A DNA stretch of 58,016 bases. Source: a bacterium. GTDB taxonomy: Bacteria; Patescibacteriota; Microgenomatia; Daviesbacterales; UBA10151. Every line of letters starts with the position of its first letter. Position 1 is the stretch's first letter. The translations under genes were made by a program, and so were the position numbers. Below, piece after piece: positions 48,594 through 58,015 of the stretch. The notes below the pieces were generated by a model that was given only the letters and a program-made list of their open reading frames with translations, had not been told where the DNA came from and searched no databases. The stretch covers positions 1 to 58,016 of the forward strand of contig JAUSJM010000034.1 in NCBI GenBank assembly GCA_030647265.1, given 5' to 3'.

Positions 48594-50114
48594 ATGCTTG
48601 CAAAAGTTATTTCTGGGGCTAATGTAGGGTTGGAATCAATAGGGGTGACAGTGGAGGTGGATATTGCTTCCCAAGGACTCCCCTCTTTTACCCTCGTTGG
48701 TTTGGCTGACAGAGCTGTAGAGGAGTCTAGGGAGAGGGTTAGATCTGCTTTAAAAAATAGTGGGGCTGATTTTCCTGCTAAAAGAATTACTGTTAACCTT
48801 GCTCCGGCAGATCTTCCTAAAGAGGGCCCAGCTTTTGATTTACCCATTGCTGTAGGACTACTTTTGGCCTCAGGCCAGCTGGAAAAAGACCTCTCAGATA
48901 CCTTGCTGGTAGGAGAGTTGTCTTTGGATGGAAGTTTAAGATCAACACACGGTGTTTTGTCTTTTACTCTGCTGACTAAAAGTTTAGGTTTGAAAAGAAT
49001 CTTTGTCCCCAAAGAGAATGGAGTGGAAGCAGCAGTAGTAGAAGGGATAGAGGTTTTTGCTTTTGATAATTTACTACAGGTTTTTAAGTTTTTAATAGGC
49101 TCGGAAGAGGTTTTTCCGCAGCCCCTGACTGATTTAAATTTAATAAACCATGTAATTTTTGAATATGACTTTAAAGATATTAAAGGCCAGCAGCAAGCCA
49201 GAAGGGCTTTGGAAATAGCTGCTGCCGGAGGTCACAACGTTATAATGAAAGGTCCGCCGGGAGCAGGAAAGACCCTTTTGGCCCGGGCTTTTCCTTCCAT
49301 CTTGCCTTCCATGAGTAAAGAAGAGGCTCTAGAGGTAACCAAGATTTATTCAGTTTCGGGCAACCTTTCTTCTGACCAGCCGATTATTACTTCCCGGCCC
49401 TTCAGATCTCCCCATCACACTGCCTCTTATGTAGGAATGGTGGGAGGAGGAAATAATATCAAGCCTGGAGAAGTCTCTTTAGCCCACCGGGGAGTACTAT
49501 TTTTAGACGAGCTGCCGGAATTCCCCAGACAAGTACTGGAGGCTTTAAGACAGCCGGTGGAAGACCGAAAGGTCACTATTTCCCGGGCTTCCGGGTCTTT
49601 GTCTTTCCCCTCCCAGTTTACCCTCCTTTGTGCCTTAAACCCCTGTCCTTGTGGTTTTTTGGGAGACCCCAAGAAAAACTGCTGCTGTATGCCGGGGCAA
49701 ATCTCCAGATATAAAAAGAAAGTTTCCGGGCCTCTTTTGGATCGGATAGATATTCATCTGGATGTGCCGGCAGTGGAGGTGGAAAAATTAACCGGTCAGG
49801 AAACTGCGGAAGATTCCCAAGCCATTAAAACTAGGGTGGAAAAAGCCAGGAATATTCAGCAGGAAAGGTTTAAAGGGAGTGGAATTTTGACAAATTCCGA
49901 GATGAGTAATGCCCAGATAAAAACCTGGTGCAGAATTACCCAAGATGCTTTAGATCTTTTAAAGATGGCTATTTCCCAAATGAATCTGTCTGCCAGAGGT
50001 TACCACCGGGTTCTCAAGCTTTCCCGAACCATTGCTGATTTAGCTTCATCAGAAAATATTTTAGCAGAACATGTAGCTGAGGCTTTAACCTATCGGGCCA
50101 GAGAAGAAAACTAG
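48594..50114 (+). CDS. comM: YifB/ComM Mg-chelatase-like AAA ATPase
   Basis: RITVNLAPADL, GPPGAGKT, RSPHH, LDELPEF, NPCPCG. Confidence 0.93.
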   Translation: MLAKVISGANVGLESIGVTVEVDIASQGLPSFTLVGLADRAVEESRERVRSALKNSGADFPAKRITVNLAPADLPKEGPAFDLPIAVGLLLASGQLEKDLSDTLLVGELSLDGSLRSTHGVLSFTLLTKSLGLKRIFVPKENGVEAAVVEGIEVFAFDNLLQVFKFLIGSEEVFPQPLTDLNLINHVIFEYDFKDIKGQQQARRALEIAAAGGHNVIMKGPPGAGKTLLARAFPSILPSMSKEEALEVTKIYSVSGNLSSDQPIITSRPFRSPHHTASYVGMVGGGNNIKPGEVSLAHRGVLFLDELPEFPRQVLEALRQPVEDRKVTISRASGSLSFPSQFTLLCALNPCPCGFLGDPKKNCCCMPGQISRYKKKVSGPLLDRIDIHLDVPAVEVEKLTGQETAEDSQAIKTRVEKARNIQQERFKGSGILTNSEMSNAQIKTWCRITQDALDLLKMAISQMNLSARGYHRVLKLSRTIADLASSENILAEHVAEALTYRAREEN

Positions 50115-50194
50115 ATTGTGAATTTTTCAGAAAACAAAATACCCTATTTCCCTATTGACGGATACTGCCGGGAAGTCCTTATAATCGGGTTGGT

Positions 50195-51382
50195 ATGCCA
50201 GAAGGTGAATTAGGTCTTAACTCTTCCCGGTTTGTTAACACCCGTATTTCTCTTGGCGACATTAATGTTCTTCCTCAACCCCGTAAAACTTTCGAAGGAC
50301 TAGATATTTTAGCCCAAGATATTGCCCGCAATGGGCTAGTATATAACCTGTTTGTAGCTCAACAAACAGAGGAAAGTTGTGTGGAATATCTAAATTATAT
50401 CAATAATGTTAGGAAAACAGAGGTTAATGTTGGTGATCTGGTTCATAAAAATGTTGGTAGTAAAAGGATTTATTATCTGTTAATTGATGGCGAAACACGT
50501 TTTCGTGCAATCAAATGGCTTAGAGAAAATGGATGTGCAGAATGTGTAGAAAAACATGGGCCTGGGGGATGCAATTGTTATAGCAGGCATTTCACGGATA
50601 ATTTGGTTGATGCCCGTTTAGCAACAGGCATGTCTCCACAAGAAGCAATTAGGCTCCAATACTCAGCAAATATCCACACTAAAGTTCCACCATATGAAGA
50701 AGCAAGGGACTTATATGAATTTTGGAATGTTCGCCGAAGGATTGATCCTAGGTTATCTAAGGCAGAATTTGCCAGAGAGGTAGGGAGGTCTCCGCAAACA
50801 ATAAGGGACGCCCTTAAATTTTGTCTTTTGCCCGATAATATTCAGGAACTGGTTACAAACAAAAGATTACATTATGGAATTGCTTGCGAGCTTACCCGTT
50901 TGCAGGAGAGCAGTTTGCCAGAAGAAGAGTTACTGATATGGGCAGTTAGGGGGATTATTGGTAGCCAGAAACTTGCAGAGTTTAGACAACGGGTTAGTCA
51001 GTATCTTGAGGAACGAAAAAATGGACAACTCTCGCTGCTTGACCTTTTTGATACTAATTATCAAAGGCAGTTAGAAAGAAGAAATCGCCGTCTAGTGGTA
51101 GGAGAGAAAATGGTAAGGGGGGTACATGAGGTGGCTAGATACTGGAAAATTATCCTTGATAGTATTGGGGTAAAATTAATTGAGGCAGATGTGATTCCCT
51201 TTGATCATATTGATGATACTTACTCACTAGGTAGTCCTCTAAGAGTGTACAGGAAATTTGTGGAATTAGAAGCTGAGGTACTGGCTCTTTTGAGGGGGAG
51301 ACTTCCTTTGCACGTTGTCAAACAAGCTGAGAAAGTTATCCTCCAAACTCAACAAACGCTTAATACTACTTCTCAAAATTAA
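50195..51382 (+). CDS. ParB/Spo0J-like protein, no adjacent parA
   Basis: QPRKTF, LIDGETRFRA, HTH SKAEFAREVGRSPQTIRDAL. Confidence 0.75.
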   Translation: MPEGELGLNSSRFVNTRISLGDINVLPQPRKTFEGLDILAQDIARNGLVYNLFVAQQTEESCVEYLNYINNVRKTEVNVGDLVHKNVGSKRIYYLLIDGETRFRAIKWLRENGCAECVEKHGPGGCNCYSRHFTDNLVDARLATGMSPQEAIRLQYSANIHTKVPPYEEARDLYEFWNVRRRIDPRLSKAEFAREVGRSPQTIRDALKFCLLPDNIQELVTNKRLHYGIACELTRLQESSLPEEELLIWAVRGIIGSQKLAEFRQRVSQYLEERKNGQLSLLDLFDTNYQRQLERRNRRLVVGEKMVRGVHEVARYWKIILDSIGVKLIEADVIPFDHIDDTYSLGSPLRVYRKFVELEAEVLALLRGRLPLHVVKQAEKVILQTQQTLNTTSQN

Positions 51383-51394
51383 ATTTGTTCAACC

Positions 51395-51429
51395 TACAAA
51401 AAGCCCCGCTTGAAGCGGGACCTTTTGTA
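51395..51429. terminator. Bidirectional terminator between convergent genes
   Basis: TACAAAA..CCCGCT-TGA-AGCGGG..TTTTGTA. Confidence 0.65.
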
Positions 51430-51439
51430 AATGGTGAAA

Positions 51440-51457
51440 CCCTTCGATAAACTCGGG
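51440..51457. repeat. REP-like element of the CCTTCG...CTCAGG family
   Basis: CCCTTCGATAAACTCGGG flanked by GGTG/CACC. Confidence 0.5.
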
Positions 51458-51477
51458 ACACCGATTTTTACTACTCT

Positions 51478-51621
51478 TTAGACTGCAGAACCGATTTTGT
51501 ACATTCCGGTATTGCAAACAGAGCAGCTAGCCTTAACGGCTGCTTTACCATTTTTCATGGTAACATTTTGAGGGTCTTTAGCCTCCTGTTTTTGGCGGCA
51601 TTTTACACAATACATTTGCAT
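51478..51621 (-). CDS. DUF5679-like small zinc-ribbon protein (47 aa; not in ORF track)
   Basis: MQMYCVKCRQKQEAKDPQNVTMKNGKAAVKASCSVCNTGMYKIGSAV; AGGAGGTGA SD. Confidence 0.85.
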   Translation of the reverse strand: MQMYCVKCRQKQEAKDPQNVTMKNGKAAVKASCSVCNTGMYKIGSAV

Positions 51622-51653
51622 CGATCTTCACCTCCTTTCAAAAAAGTTTTGGT

Positions 51654-51926
51654 TTATATTTTTTGTAAACTAAAATACAACACCAGCTGGGCCCCGATAA
51701 TGATTGAAGCAAGGATAGTGGTTTTAAGAAGATCGGACCGTAAGTAGTTGACCTCGGCCGGAGGTTTTACCGCTGCTTCTGTCTTATTCTCGGCAGCGGG
51801 AGCAGTAAAAGTCGCCTTTACTTGAGTAGGGGAAGAGGAGTCTTTTTCTTTACCATAAAGCTGTGATCTAAGAGCTTGGAGTCTTTTTTCAGCTTCAGTT
51901 AACTTTTTGGAACGGGAGTAAGTCAT
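51654..51926 (-). CDS. Hypothetical protein with C-terminal TM helix
   Basis: 90-aa ORF; LRSQLYGK, YLRSDLLKT then hydrophobic stretch. Confidence 0.7.
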   Translation of the reverse strand: MTYSRSKKLTEAEKRLQALRSQLYGKEKDSSSPTQVKATFTAPAAENKTEAAVKPPAEVNYLRSDLLKTTILASIIIGAQLVLYFSLQKI

Positions 51927-52011
51927 GGCTTTTTAAGCTCATTTGAGCCTAACACGATCAGTTGTGCCTGTCAAGCATGACTTATCTTGTGAAGTTTTCC
52001 CTCTCTTCTCG

Positions 52012-52041
52012 TTGACAAAGCCTAAACTACTTTTGTATAGT
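52012..52041 (+). promoter_or_regulatory. Promoter for the operon starting at 52055
   Basis: TTGACA-18 nt-TATAGT. Confidence 0.6.
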
Positions 52042-52054
52042 GAAAGAGTAATTT

Positions 52055-52492
52055 ATGTATCCAGATGGATTAAACGGAGTCTTTTTGGTTTGGGGGGCGG
52101 TAAGTACTATTTGGATCATTATTTTAACAGTCCTGCTTTGGAAACAGAGCTCCGATTTTAAGAAGCTTTTTCCCAAAGAAGGACAAAATTTTCGGGATAA
52201 GTTAAAAGAGGTTCTATCTGAAGTAGAAGGTTTGGAAGAGTTTAAAGTAAGGTGCTTGGGAAATTTACAAAAAGTGTTCTTGAAAAGGTATAACCCTTAT
52301 CAAGATACAGGAGGAGACCAAAGTTTTTCTTTGGCTCTGTTAAATGGAAGAGGAGACGGGGTAGTGGTGACCAGCCTTCATTCCCGGGCCGGGACCAGGG
52401 TTTTTGCTAAAGGGGTGAAGGAAGGAATGGAGGCTCAGGTGCAGTTCTCTCAGGAAGAAAAAGAGGTTGTCAGACGGGCCATGGGCCAGTAG
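52055..52492 (+). CDS. DUF4446-family protein
   Basis: RYNPYQDTGGDQSFSLALL..GVVVTSLHSR..TRVFAK. Confidence 0.85.
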   Translation: MYPDGLNGVFLVWGAVSTIWIIILTVLLWKQSSDFKKLFPKEGQNFRDKLKEVLSEVEGLEEFKVRCLGNLQKVFLKRYNPYQDTGGDQSFSLALLNGRGDGVVVTSLHSRAGTRVFAKGVKEGMEAQVQFSQEEKEVVRRAMGQ

Positions 52493-52504
52493 GAATAATT
52501 TAAG

Positions 52505-53698
52505 ATGCTGAGTGTCTTTAATAATTTAACACTGCTGCAAAAAAGTTTATTAACTTCTATTTTGGCAGTGGTGTCATTTATAACCTTCGCCGGAGCTTCT
52601 TATTCATTTTTTTCCAAAACAGCTGGTACCGGTATTAGCAGCGACCTTACCACCTCTTTGCCTAAAGCAGACGGCATTTTTGTGGAAGATCCCAAGGAAC
52701 CAAAGACGGCAAGCTGCCCTCTGAACGGTGAGATGCACACCAAAAAGGTGGGGGATTTATGGGATGCTAAGTTACCCTTGGCGGTGATGATTGAAAATCA
52801 TACTGAAGCTCGCCCCCAATCCGGTCTCTCTTCGGCTGATGTGGTGTATGAGGCGGTGGCGGAAGGGGGGATCACCCGTTTTATGGCCTTTTTCCTTTGT
52901 AATCCTTCCGATGTTCAGGTAGGACCGGTGAGGTCTGCCCGCACTTACTTTTTAGACTGGCTCTCGGAATACAACGCTTTATATGCCCATGTGGGGGGAG
53001 CAAATTCTCCCGGTCCGGCTAATGCCCTGGGGCAAATTATCAAGTACGGTATTATGGACTTGAATCAGTTTGGTATCGGTTTCCCCACCTTCTGGCGTGA
53101 TTACCAACGCTTAGGTCATCCTGTAGCTACGGAACACACTATGTATTCTACTACTCAAAAGCTTTTGGCAGCGGGAGCAAAAAGAGGTTGGACGGTAACC
53201 TTGGAAGATGGGAAAAAGTGGACAGATGAATTTATTTCCTGGAAATTTAAAGACGATGCTCCCGGCAAGCCCCAACAGGGAAGTGGTATTACACTGGCTG
53301 ACAAAATCAATGTGGAATTTTGGCAGGGATATTCCGGTTACGGAGTGACTTGGAACTATGATGTTACTTGCAACTGTTACAAGAGGCTTAACGGTGGTGC
53401 ACCTCATCTGGATTTGGATAATAATCATCAGCTTGCCGCTAAAAACGTGGTAGTCCAGTTTGAAAGGGAATCCCGGGCCAACGATGGTTACGAAGGTAAT
53501 GTCCATCTGATCTATAAAACTATCGGTGAGGGCAAGGCGCTATTTTTCATCGACGGAAAGGCAATTGAAGGTAAATGGAGTAAAGCTTCCCGAGTGGCTC
53601 GGACAAAGTACACCGACAGTAAGGGGCAGGAAATTGCCTTTGACCGAGGCCGAATTTGGATTCAAACTGTCCCAGAAGGGTCGAATGTAAGTTATTAA
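52505..53698 (+). CDS. DUF3048-family exported protein
   Basis: AVMIENH..ARPQSGLSSAD, EGGITRF, GPVRSAR. Confidence 0.88.
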   Translation: MLSVFNNLTLLQKSLLTSILAVVSFITFAGASYSFFSKTAGTGISSDLTTSLPKADGIFVEDPKEPKTASCPLNGEMHTKKVGDLWDAKLPLAVMIENHTEARPQSGLSSADVVYEAVAEGGITRFMAFFLCNPSDVQVGPVRSARTYFLDWLSEYNALYAHVGGANSPGPANALGQIIKYGIMDLNQFGIGFPTFWRDYQRLGHPVATEHTMYSTTQKLLAAGAKRGWTVTLEDGKKWTDEFISWKFKDDAPGKPQQGSGITLADKINVEFWQGYSGYGVTWNYDVTCNCYKRLNGGAPHLDLDNNHQLAAKNVVVQFERESRANDGYEGNVHLIYKTIGEGKALFFIDGKAIEGKWSKASRVARTKYTDSKGQEIAFDRGRIWIQTVPEGSNVSY

Positions 53699-53742
53699 GC
53701 TTATTTCTGCCTGGCTTATTTTCTGCCCGGAAAGGAGGGACA

Positions 53743-54327
53743 ATGGAAGAGCTTTTTGTTTCGCGTGTTCGGGTTAAACTTCTTGAACTTTTTTTAACTA
53801 CTCAGGAACCACTGTTGCATGTTAGAGAGATCGTTCGCCGTGTTAAAGAAGAAATTAACGCTGTAAGGAGAGAACTTTTAAGAATGGAAAAGTACGGTTT
53901 AGTCACTTCTGAATGGAGAGCCAACCGCCGCCTGTACCATTTCCGCCGTGACTACATCTTTTATCCGCAGCTTTTGGGGTTGGTGGCAAAATCAACCGGT
54001 TTAGGAGGAGCGATTATTAGAAACCGCGGCCGTTTAGGAAAAATTAAGTACGCCATGATCTCTACCCGTTACGTTCATCACGCCCCGGCAGGAGCGGATG
54101 ATGTTGATTTGTTGGTGGTGGGGCAGATTATTTTGCCCGAGCTGCAGGCACTGGTAGCTGATGAGCAGGCCAAAAGGGAGACTGAGATCAACTACTCTTT
54201 TATGGATGAACCGGAGTTTCAATTTCGGGTTAAAAGACGTGATCCTTTCATCTTGAGAGTGCTTACTCAGCCTAAAATTATGCTTTTGGGTGACGAGGAA
54301 GAGATGCTCAAAGGAGTTGCCATTTAA
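53743..54327 (+). CDS. Winged-HTH plus nucleotidyltransferase-like protein
   Basis: SRVRVKLLELF, HVREIVR, INAVRREL, DVDLLVVG; SD AAGGAGG. Confidence 0.8.
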   Translation: MEELFVSRVRVKLLELFLTTQEPLLHVREIVRRVKEEINAVRRELLRMEKYGLVTSEWRANRRLYHFRRDYIFYPQLLGLVAKSTGLGGAIIRNRGRLGKIKYAMISTRYVHHAPAGADDVDLLVVGQIILPELQALVADEQAKRETEINYSFMDEPEFQFRVKRRDPFILRVLTQPKIMLLGDEEEMLKGVAI

Positions 54328-54332
54328 CCCTC

Positions 54333-55697
54333 ATGAACCGGCGGTTTGTTTTGTGGATCATTATTGTTTTGACGATGCTCTCTTTGTGGGTCAATTTACC
54401 CTCCACCAAAGAGTTTAACTTAAGCCTTTTAAAATCAGGTAAACTTGGGCTCAAAATTTTAGGATATAAGCTGAATTTGGATTTTTTAGCTCCTGCTAAC
54501 ATCAGCGGTAAATTCCCTCTTCATTTAGGTTTGGATTTACAGGGAGGGTCGGAGTTAACCCTGCAAACCGATATGAGCAAGATTAACCCGAGTGACCGGG
54601 ACACGGCTTTAGAGTCCGCCCGGCAGGTTATTGAAAGAAGGGTCAATTTGTACGGGGTTTCCGAAAGCTTGGTTCAGTCTTCCAAACTGGGAGACCGGAG
54701 GCGGATTTTAGTGGAACTTCCGGGGGTTCGGGATGCTTCAGCAGCAGCCAATTTAGTGGGGAAAACCGCCCAGCTGGAATTTCGGGAGATACCTGCTTCT
54801 CCTTCTGCCGAAGCCTCAGCCTCGGCTTTGTCCCAACTTATGGAAGCAAAACCAACGGGCTTGACCGGAGCGGATTTAAAAAAAGCCTCCGTGACTTTCG
54901 GGAGCGGGGGTAAAAACGCCGGGCCGGAAGTATCCATCCAGTTTACCGACCAGGGTGCACAAAAATTCGCCGAGATTACTAGAAAGAACGTCGGTAAACC
55001 GTTGCCTATATTCTTGGACGGAGTGCCGGTTAGTGCGCCTGTAGTGCAACAGGAAATTTTGGGAGGTAGTGCAGTAATTACGGGAAACTTTACTACCTCC
55101 CAGGCAAAGGAGTTGGCGATCCAGCTTAACGCCGGAGCCTTGCCGGTACCGATTGAGATTTTACAACAGCGTTCTATCGGTGCCACTTTAGGCGGAGCCT
55201 CGGTACAAAAAAGCTTAACTGCCGGGGTGATCGGTATAGTGGCGGTGATGATTTTTATGGCCTTCTATTACGGAGTTTACGGCTTACTGGCGGATCTGGC
55301 ACTGCTGATTTACTCTTTACTGGTACTGGCTGTTTTTAGGACGGGGTTGTTTATCATCCCGCCGGTGACTTTAACTTTGGCGGGCATTGCCGGGTTTATC
55401 CTTTCTATCGGTATGGCGGTGGATGCCAATATCCTGACTTTCGAAAGAATTAAAGAGGAACTTCGCTCCGGTAAAAGCGGAAAGCTGGCGCTGGAGCATG
55501 GCTTTAACCGGGCCTGGACTTCCATCCGGGATTCTAACATCTCCTCTTTGATTACTGCCGCCATATTGTATATTTTGGGGACTAATGTAGTGCGGGGATT
55601 TGCTCTGACCTTGGCGATCGGGGTTTTAATTTCCATGTTTTCAGCAATCGTTATCACCAGAACTTTAATGAGACAGTTACCGAGGTTTAAAAAATGA
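54333..55697 (+). CDS. secD: Protein translocase subunit SecD
   Basis: LGLDLQGG, GALP, GMAVDANIL.FERIKEE. Confidence 0.97.
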   Translation: MNRRFVLWIIIVLTMLSLWVNLPSTKEFNLSLLKSGKLGLKILGYKLNLDFLAPANISGKFPLHLGLDLQGGSELTLQTDMSKINPSDRDTALESARQVIERRVNLYGVSESLVQSSKLGDRRRILVELPGVRDASAAANLVGKTAQLEFREIPASPSAEASASALSQLMEAKPTGLTGADLKKASVTFGSGGKNAGPEVSIQFTDQGAQKFAEITRKNVGKPLPIFLDGVPVSAPVVQQEILGGSAVITGNFTTSQAKELAIQLNAGALPVPIEILQQRSIGATLGGASVQKSLTAGVIGIVAVMIFMAFYYGVYGLLADLALLIYSLLVLAVFRTGLFIIPPVTLTLAGIAGFILSIGMAVDANILTFERIKEELRSGKSGKLALEHGFNRAWTSIRDSNISSLITAAILYILGTNVVRGFALTLAIGVLISMFSAIVITRTLMRQLPRFKK

Positions 55698-56569
55698 AGT
55701 TTACATCCAAGAATCCCCATTATGAATACCTTCGAAAAAAATGGTTGGGGAAACATAAAGCTGCTTCTGAAAAGCTGCTGACTAATCACGGTGAATCTTT
55801 GCGCCACTTGGCTTTGGGAAGTTTGGGAGGGTTGGTGCTTCTGACGACCCCCGGGATGGCGGGAGCAATTCCCCAAACACAGACCCTTTCGGCAGACGGT
55901 GTTACCTCACATGAGGATAAAAATGCTTTGCTGGCAGCAGCTTTAAAAGATAAAGTTCCCCAGGATATGAGAAAGCTGACTCCCGAAGAGGAGGGGCAAA
56001 TTGGTGAGATTTTATCCCAGGAGCTGGGGGTGAAAGCGACGGCAGAGATAGGAGGTCTCAGATTAAATAGGTCTTACGGTTTGATCGGCGGAGAACAACA
56101 TTTATACCGTTTTCCGGGGGATAATTTATACCGCCACGCAGACAATGCCTCAGATTGGGCGATGTATGGGTCATCGGGTATTGCTCCGGGTCTGGGGGCC
56201 TGGGGGTATTTTGTTTCTAGTGAAGCATCTTTTACTCCCAAAGATAAGGAAAGGGAACGGTATTATTTGGCGGTCCAGACTTTTTTAGCTCCTGGGTTTG
56301 CGGAAAATGTGGGAAAGTACCGCGATTTTTTCAGGTTTCGTAAGATGGTGGTGGTAAACCCCAAAACCGGTCAATCAGTGGTGGCAGTTATCGGAGATGC
56401 CGGGCCGGCGGAGTGGACGGGAAAACACTTGGGGGGTTCACCCGAGGTGATGCAAGCTGTGGGGTTGGCTTCCGGACCTAGGAAGGGGGCAGTGCTATAT
56501 TTTTTTGTGGACGATCCCCAGGACCAAATTCCCTTGGGACCGATTAGGGTAAGGGGAGGACGAAGCTAA
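55694..56569 (+). CDS. Hypothetical exported protein with possible double-psi beta-barrel C-terminus
   Basis: Hydrophobic segment near N-terminus; VVVNPKTGQSVVAVIGDAGP motif. Confidence 0.7.
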   Translation: MKFTSKNPHYEYLRKKWLGKHKAASEKLLTNHGESLRHLALGSLGGLVLLTTPGMAGAIPQTQTLSADGVTSHEDKNALLAAALKDKVPQDMRKLTPEEEGQIGEILSQELGVKATAEIGGLRLNRSYGLIGGEQHLYRFPGDNLYRHADNASDWAMYGSSGIAPGLGAWGYFVSSEASFTPKDKERERYYLAVQTFLAPGFAENVGKYRDFFRFRKMVVVNPKTGQSVVAVIGDAGPAEWTGKHLGGSPEVMQAVGLASGPRKGAVLYFFVDDPQDQIPLGPIRVRGGRS

Positions 56570-56901
56570 TGGCTCACTTTTATTCACATCTGATCAAAAT
56601 AGAAACATTAGTTTTAAAACTTGAGGTGCTGGGTTTGGAGAACAAACATAACAGGCATTTGACGAGTTTAGTGGATGACACAATCCACCAGGCGGTTCTG
56701 GAAAGAGTTTTGAGTAAGCTTCCTAAGGAAAAACGGAGGGATTTTTTAGTGCTGGTGGCTCAAAATAGAGACACTATGGAAGTGATGACTTTCTTAAATG
56801 GTAAAATTGACAATGTAGAGAAGGAGATTATGGAAGTAGCCGAAGAGGTCATGAAGGAATTTCTGGCCGATATCGAAGAAGCAGAGAGGTTGAAACTATG
56901 A
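56569..56901 (+). CDS. Small helical hypothetical protein
   Basis: 110-aa ORF overlapping both neighbours. Confidence 0.75.
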   Translation: MAHFYSHLIKIETLVLKLEVLGLENKHNRHLTSLVDDTIHQAVLERVLSKLPKEKRRDFLVLVAQNRDTMEVMTFLNGKIDNVEKEIMEVAEEVMKEFLADIEEAERLKL

Positions 56902-57785
56902 CTGATTTAATGGGTAAAAAATGGTGGTTTTTTGGAATCTCTCTGCTAGTCATTTTACCGGGACTGATCTCTTTAGTTTTTCATGGATTAAACTTAGGGA
57001 TAGATTTTATCGGGGGAACACTTTTGGAGTACAAATTTGAAAAGAATTTGGATAGAAACACCATAAAACAAACTTTAATCAGTCATGGGGTGGATGTTTC
57101 CAGTATTACTGACTCCGGACCAACAACCTACATTATTAAAACCAAGCCCCTGCCTGCTCCTAGAATTTCCCAAGTTAAAGATCTTTTAGGTCAACAGTTT
57201 GGTAAGGTGGAAGAGATCAGGGTAGAGAGTGTGGGACCGGTCATTGGTTCAGAAACTACCAAGAATGCCTTCATTGCTTTGATTTTGGCTTCCCTGATGA
57301 TTGTGGTTTACCTGGCTTTAGCTTTCAGAAAAGTACCCCGGCCTGCTTCTTCCTGGAGGTTTGGGGTAACAGCGGTGATAGCATTATTACATGATGTCTT
57401 GGTACTGGCAGGGATTTTTTCCATCTTAGGTTATTTTTGGGGGGTGGAGATAGATGTGCTGTTTGTCACAGCCATGCTGACGGTAATAGGTTTTTCCGTA
57501 CACGATACTATTGTGGTGTTTGACAGAATCAGGGAGAATTTGCCCAAACATCTCTCCAGGAAGTTTTCCGAAGTAGCTAATATCTCGGTTACCCAAACCC
57601 TGGCCAGATCTTTAAACACCTCTTTGACGGTAGTTTTTGTATTATTGGCTTTGCTGCTCTTTGGAGGGGAAACCATCAGGTGGTTTGTAGTAGCATTACT
57701 AGTAGGAATTATCTCCGGAACTTATTCCTCCATTTTCAATGCCACAGCCCTGTTGGATTTATGGGAAGAAAGATTAGGCCACTAA
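56898..57785 (+). CDS. secF: Protein translocase subunit SecF
   Basis: GIDFIGG, ALLHDV, GFSVHDTIVVFDRIRE, GTYSS. Confidence 0.97.
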   Translation: MTDLMGKKWWFFGISLLVILPGLISLVFHGLNLGIDFIGGTLLEYKFEKNLDRNTIKQTLISHGVDVSSITDSGPTTYIIKTKPLPAPRISQVKDLLGQQFGKVEEIRVESVGPVIGSETTKNAFIALILASLMIVVYLALAFRKVPRPASSWRFGVTAVIALLHDVLVLAGIFSILGYFWGVEIDVLFVTAMLTVIGFSVHDTIVVFDRIRENLPKHLSRKFSEVANISVTQTLARSLNTSLTVVFVLLALLLFGGETIRWFVVALLVGIISGTYSSIFNATALLDLWEERLGH

Positions 57786-58015
57786 CCTATTTCTTTAATT
57801 CTTTTTAAAAGATAACCCCGATTATTTTTTTCAGCATCTTCTAGGACTTCTTCAAAGAGTTTGTTCAAAACTTTCCCTACCTTTGGACCTGGTTTGATAT
57901 TTAAAACTTTCATCACATCAGTCCCGTTAACTTTTAAATCAGTTACAGAAAAAGGTTTATGTAAAACCTGGGTGATTCTTTCTCTAAACTGTTCAATTAT
58001 ACAGGAAAATGCCCT
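57782..58015 (-). CDS. cca: 3' end of CCA-adding enzyme / tRNA nucleotidyltransferase (partial)
   Basis: KPFSVTDLKVNGTDVMKVLNIKPGPKVGKVLNKLFEEV. Confidence 0.75.
   Translation of the reverse strand, partial: RAFSCIIEQFRERITQVLHKPFSVTDLKVNGTDVMKVLNIKPGPKVGKVLNKLFEEVLEDAEKNNRGYLLKRIKEIG

Noticed and set aside
52054..52064. TATGTATCCAG at the DUF4446 start, similar to the recA/TrpR-like motif
   Set aside because: Only the left half matches and it is explained by the codons Met-Tyr-Pro.
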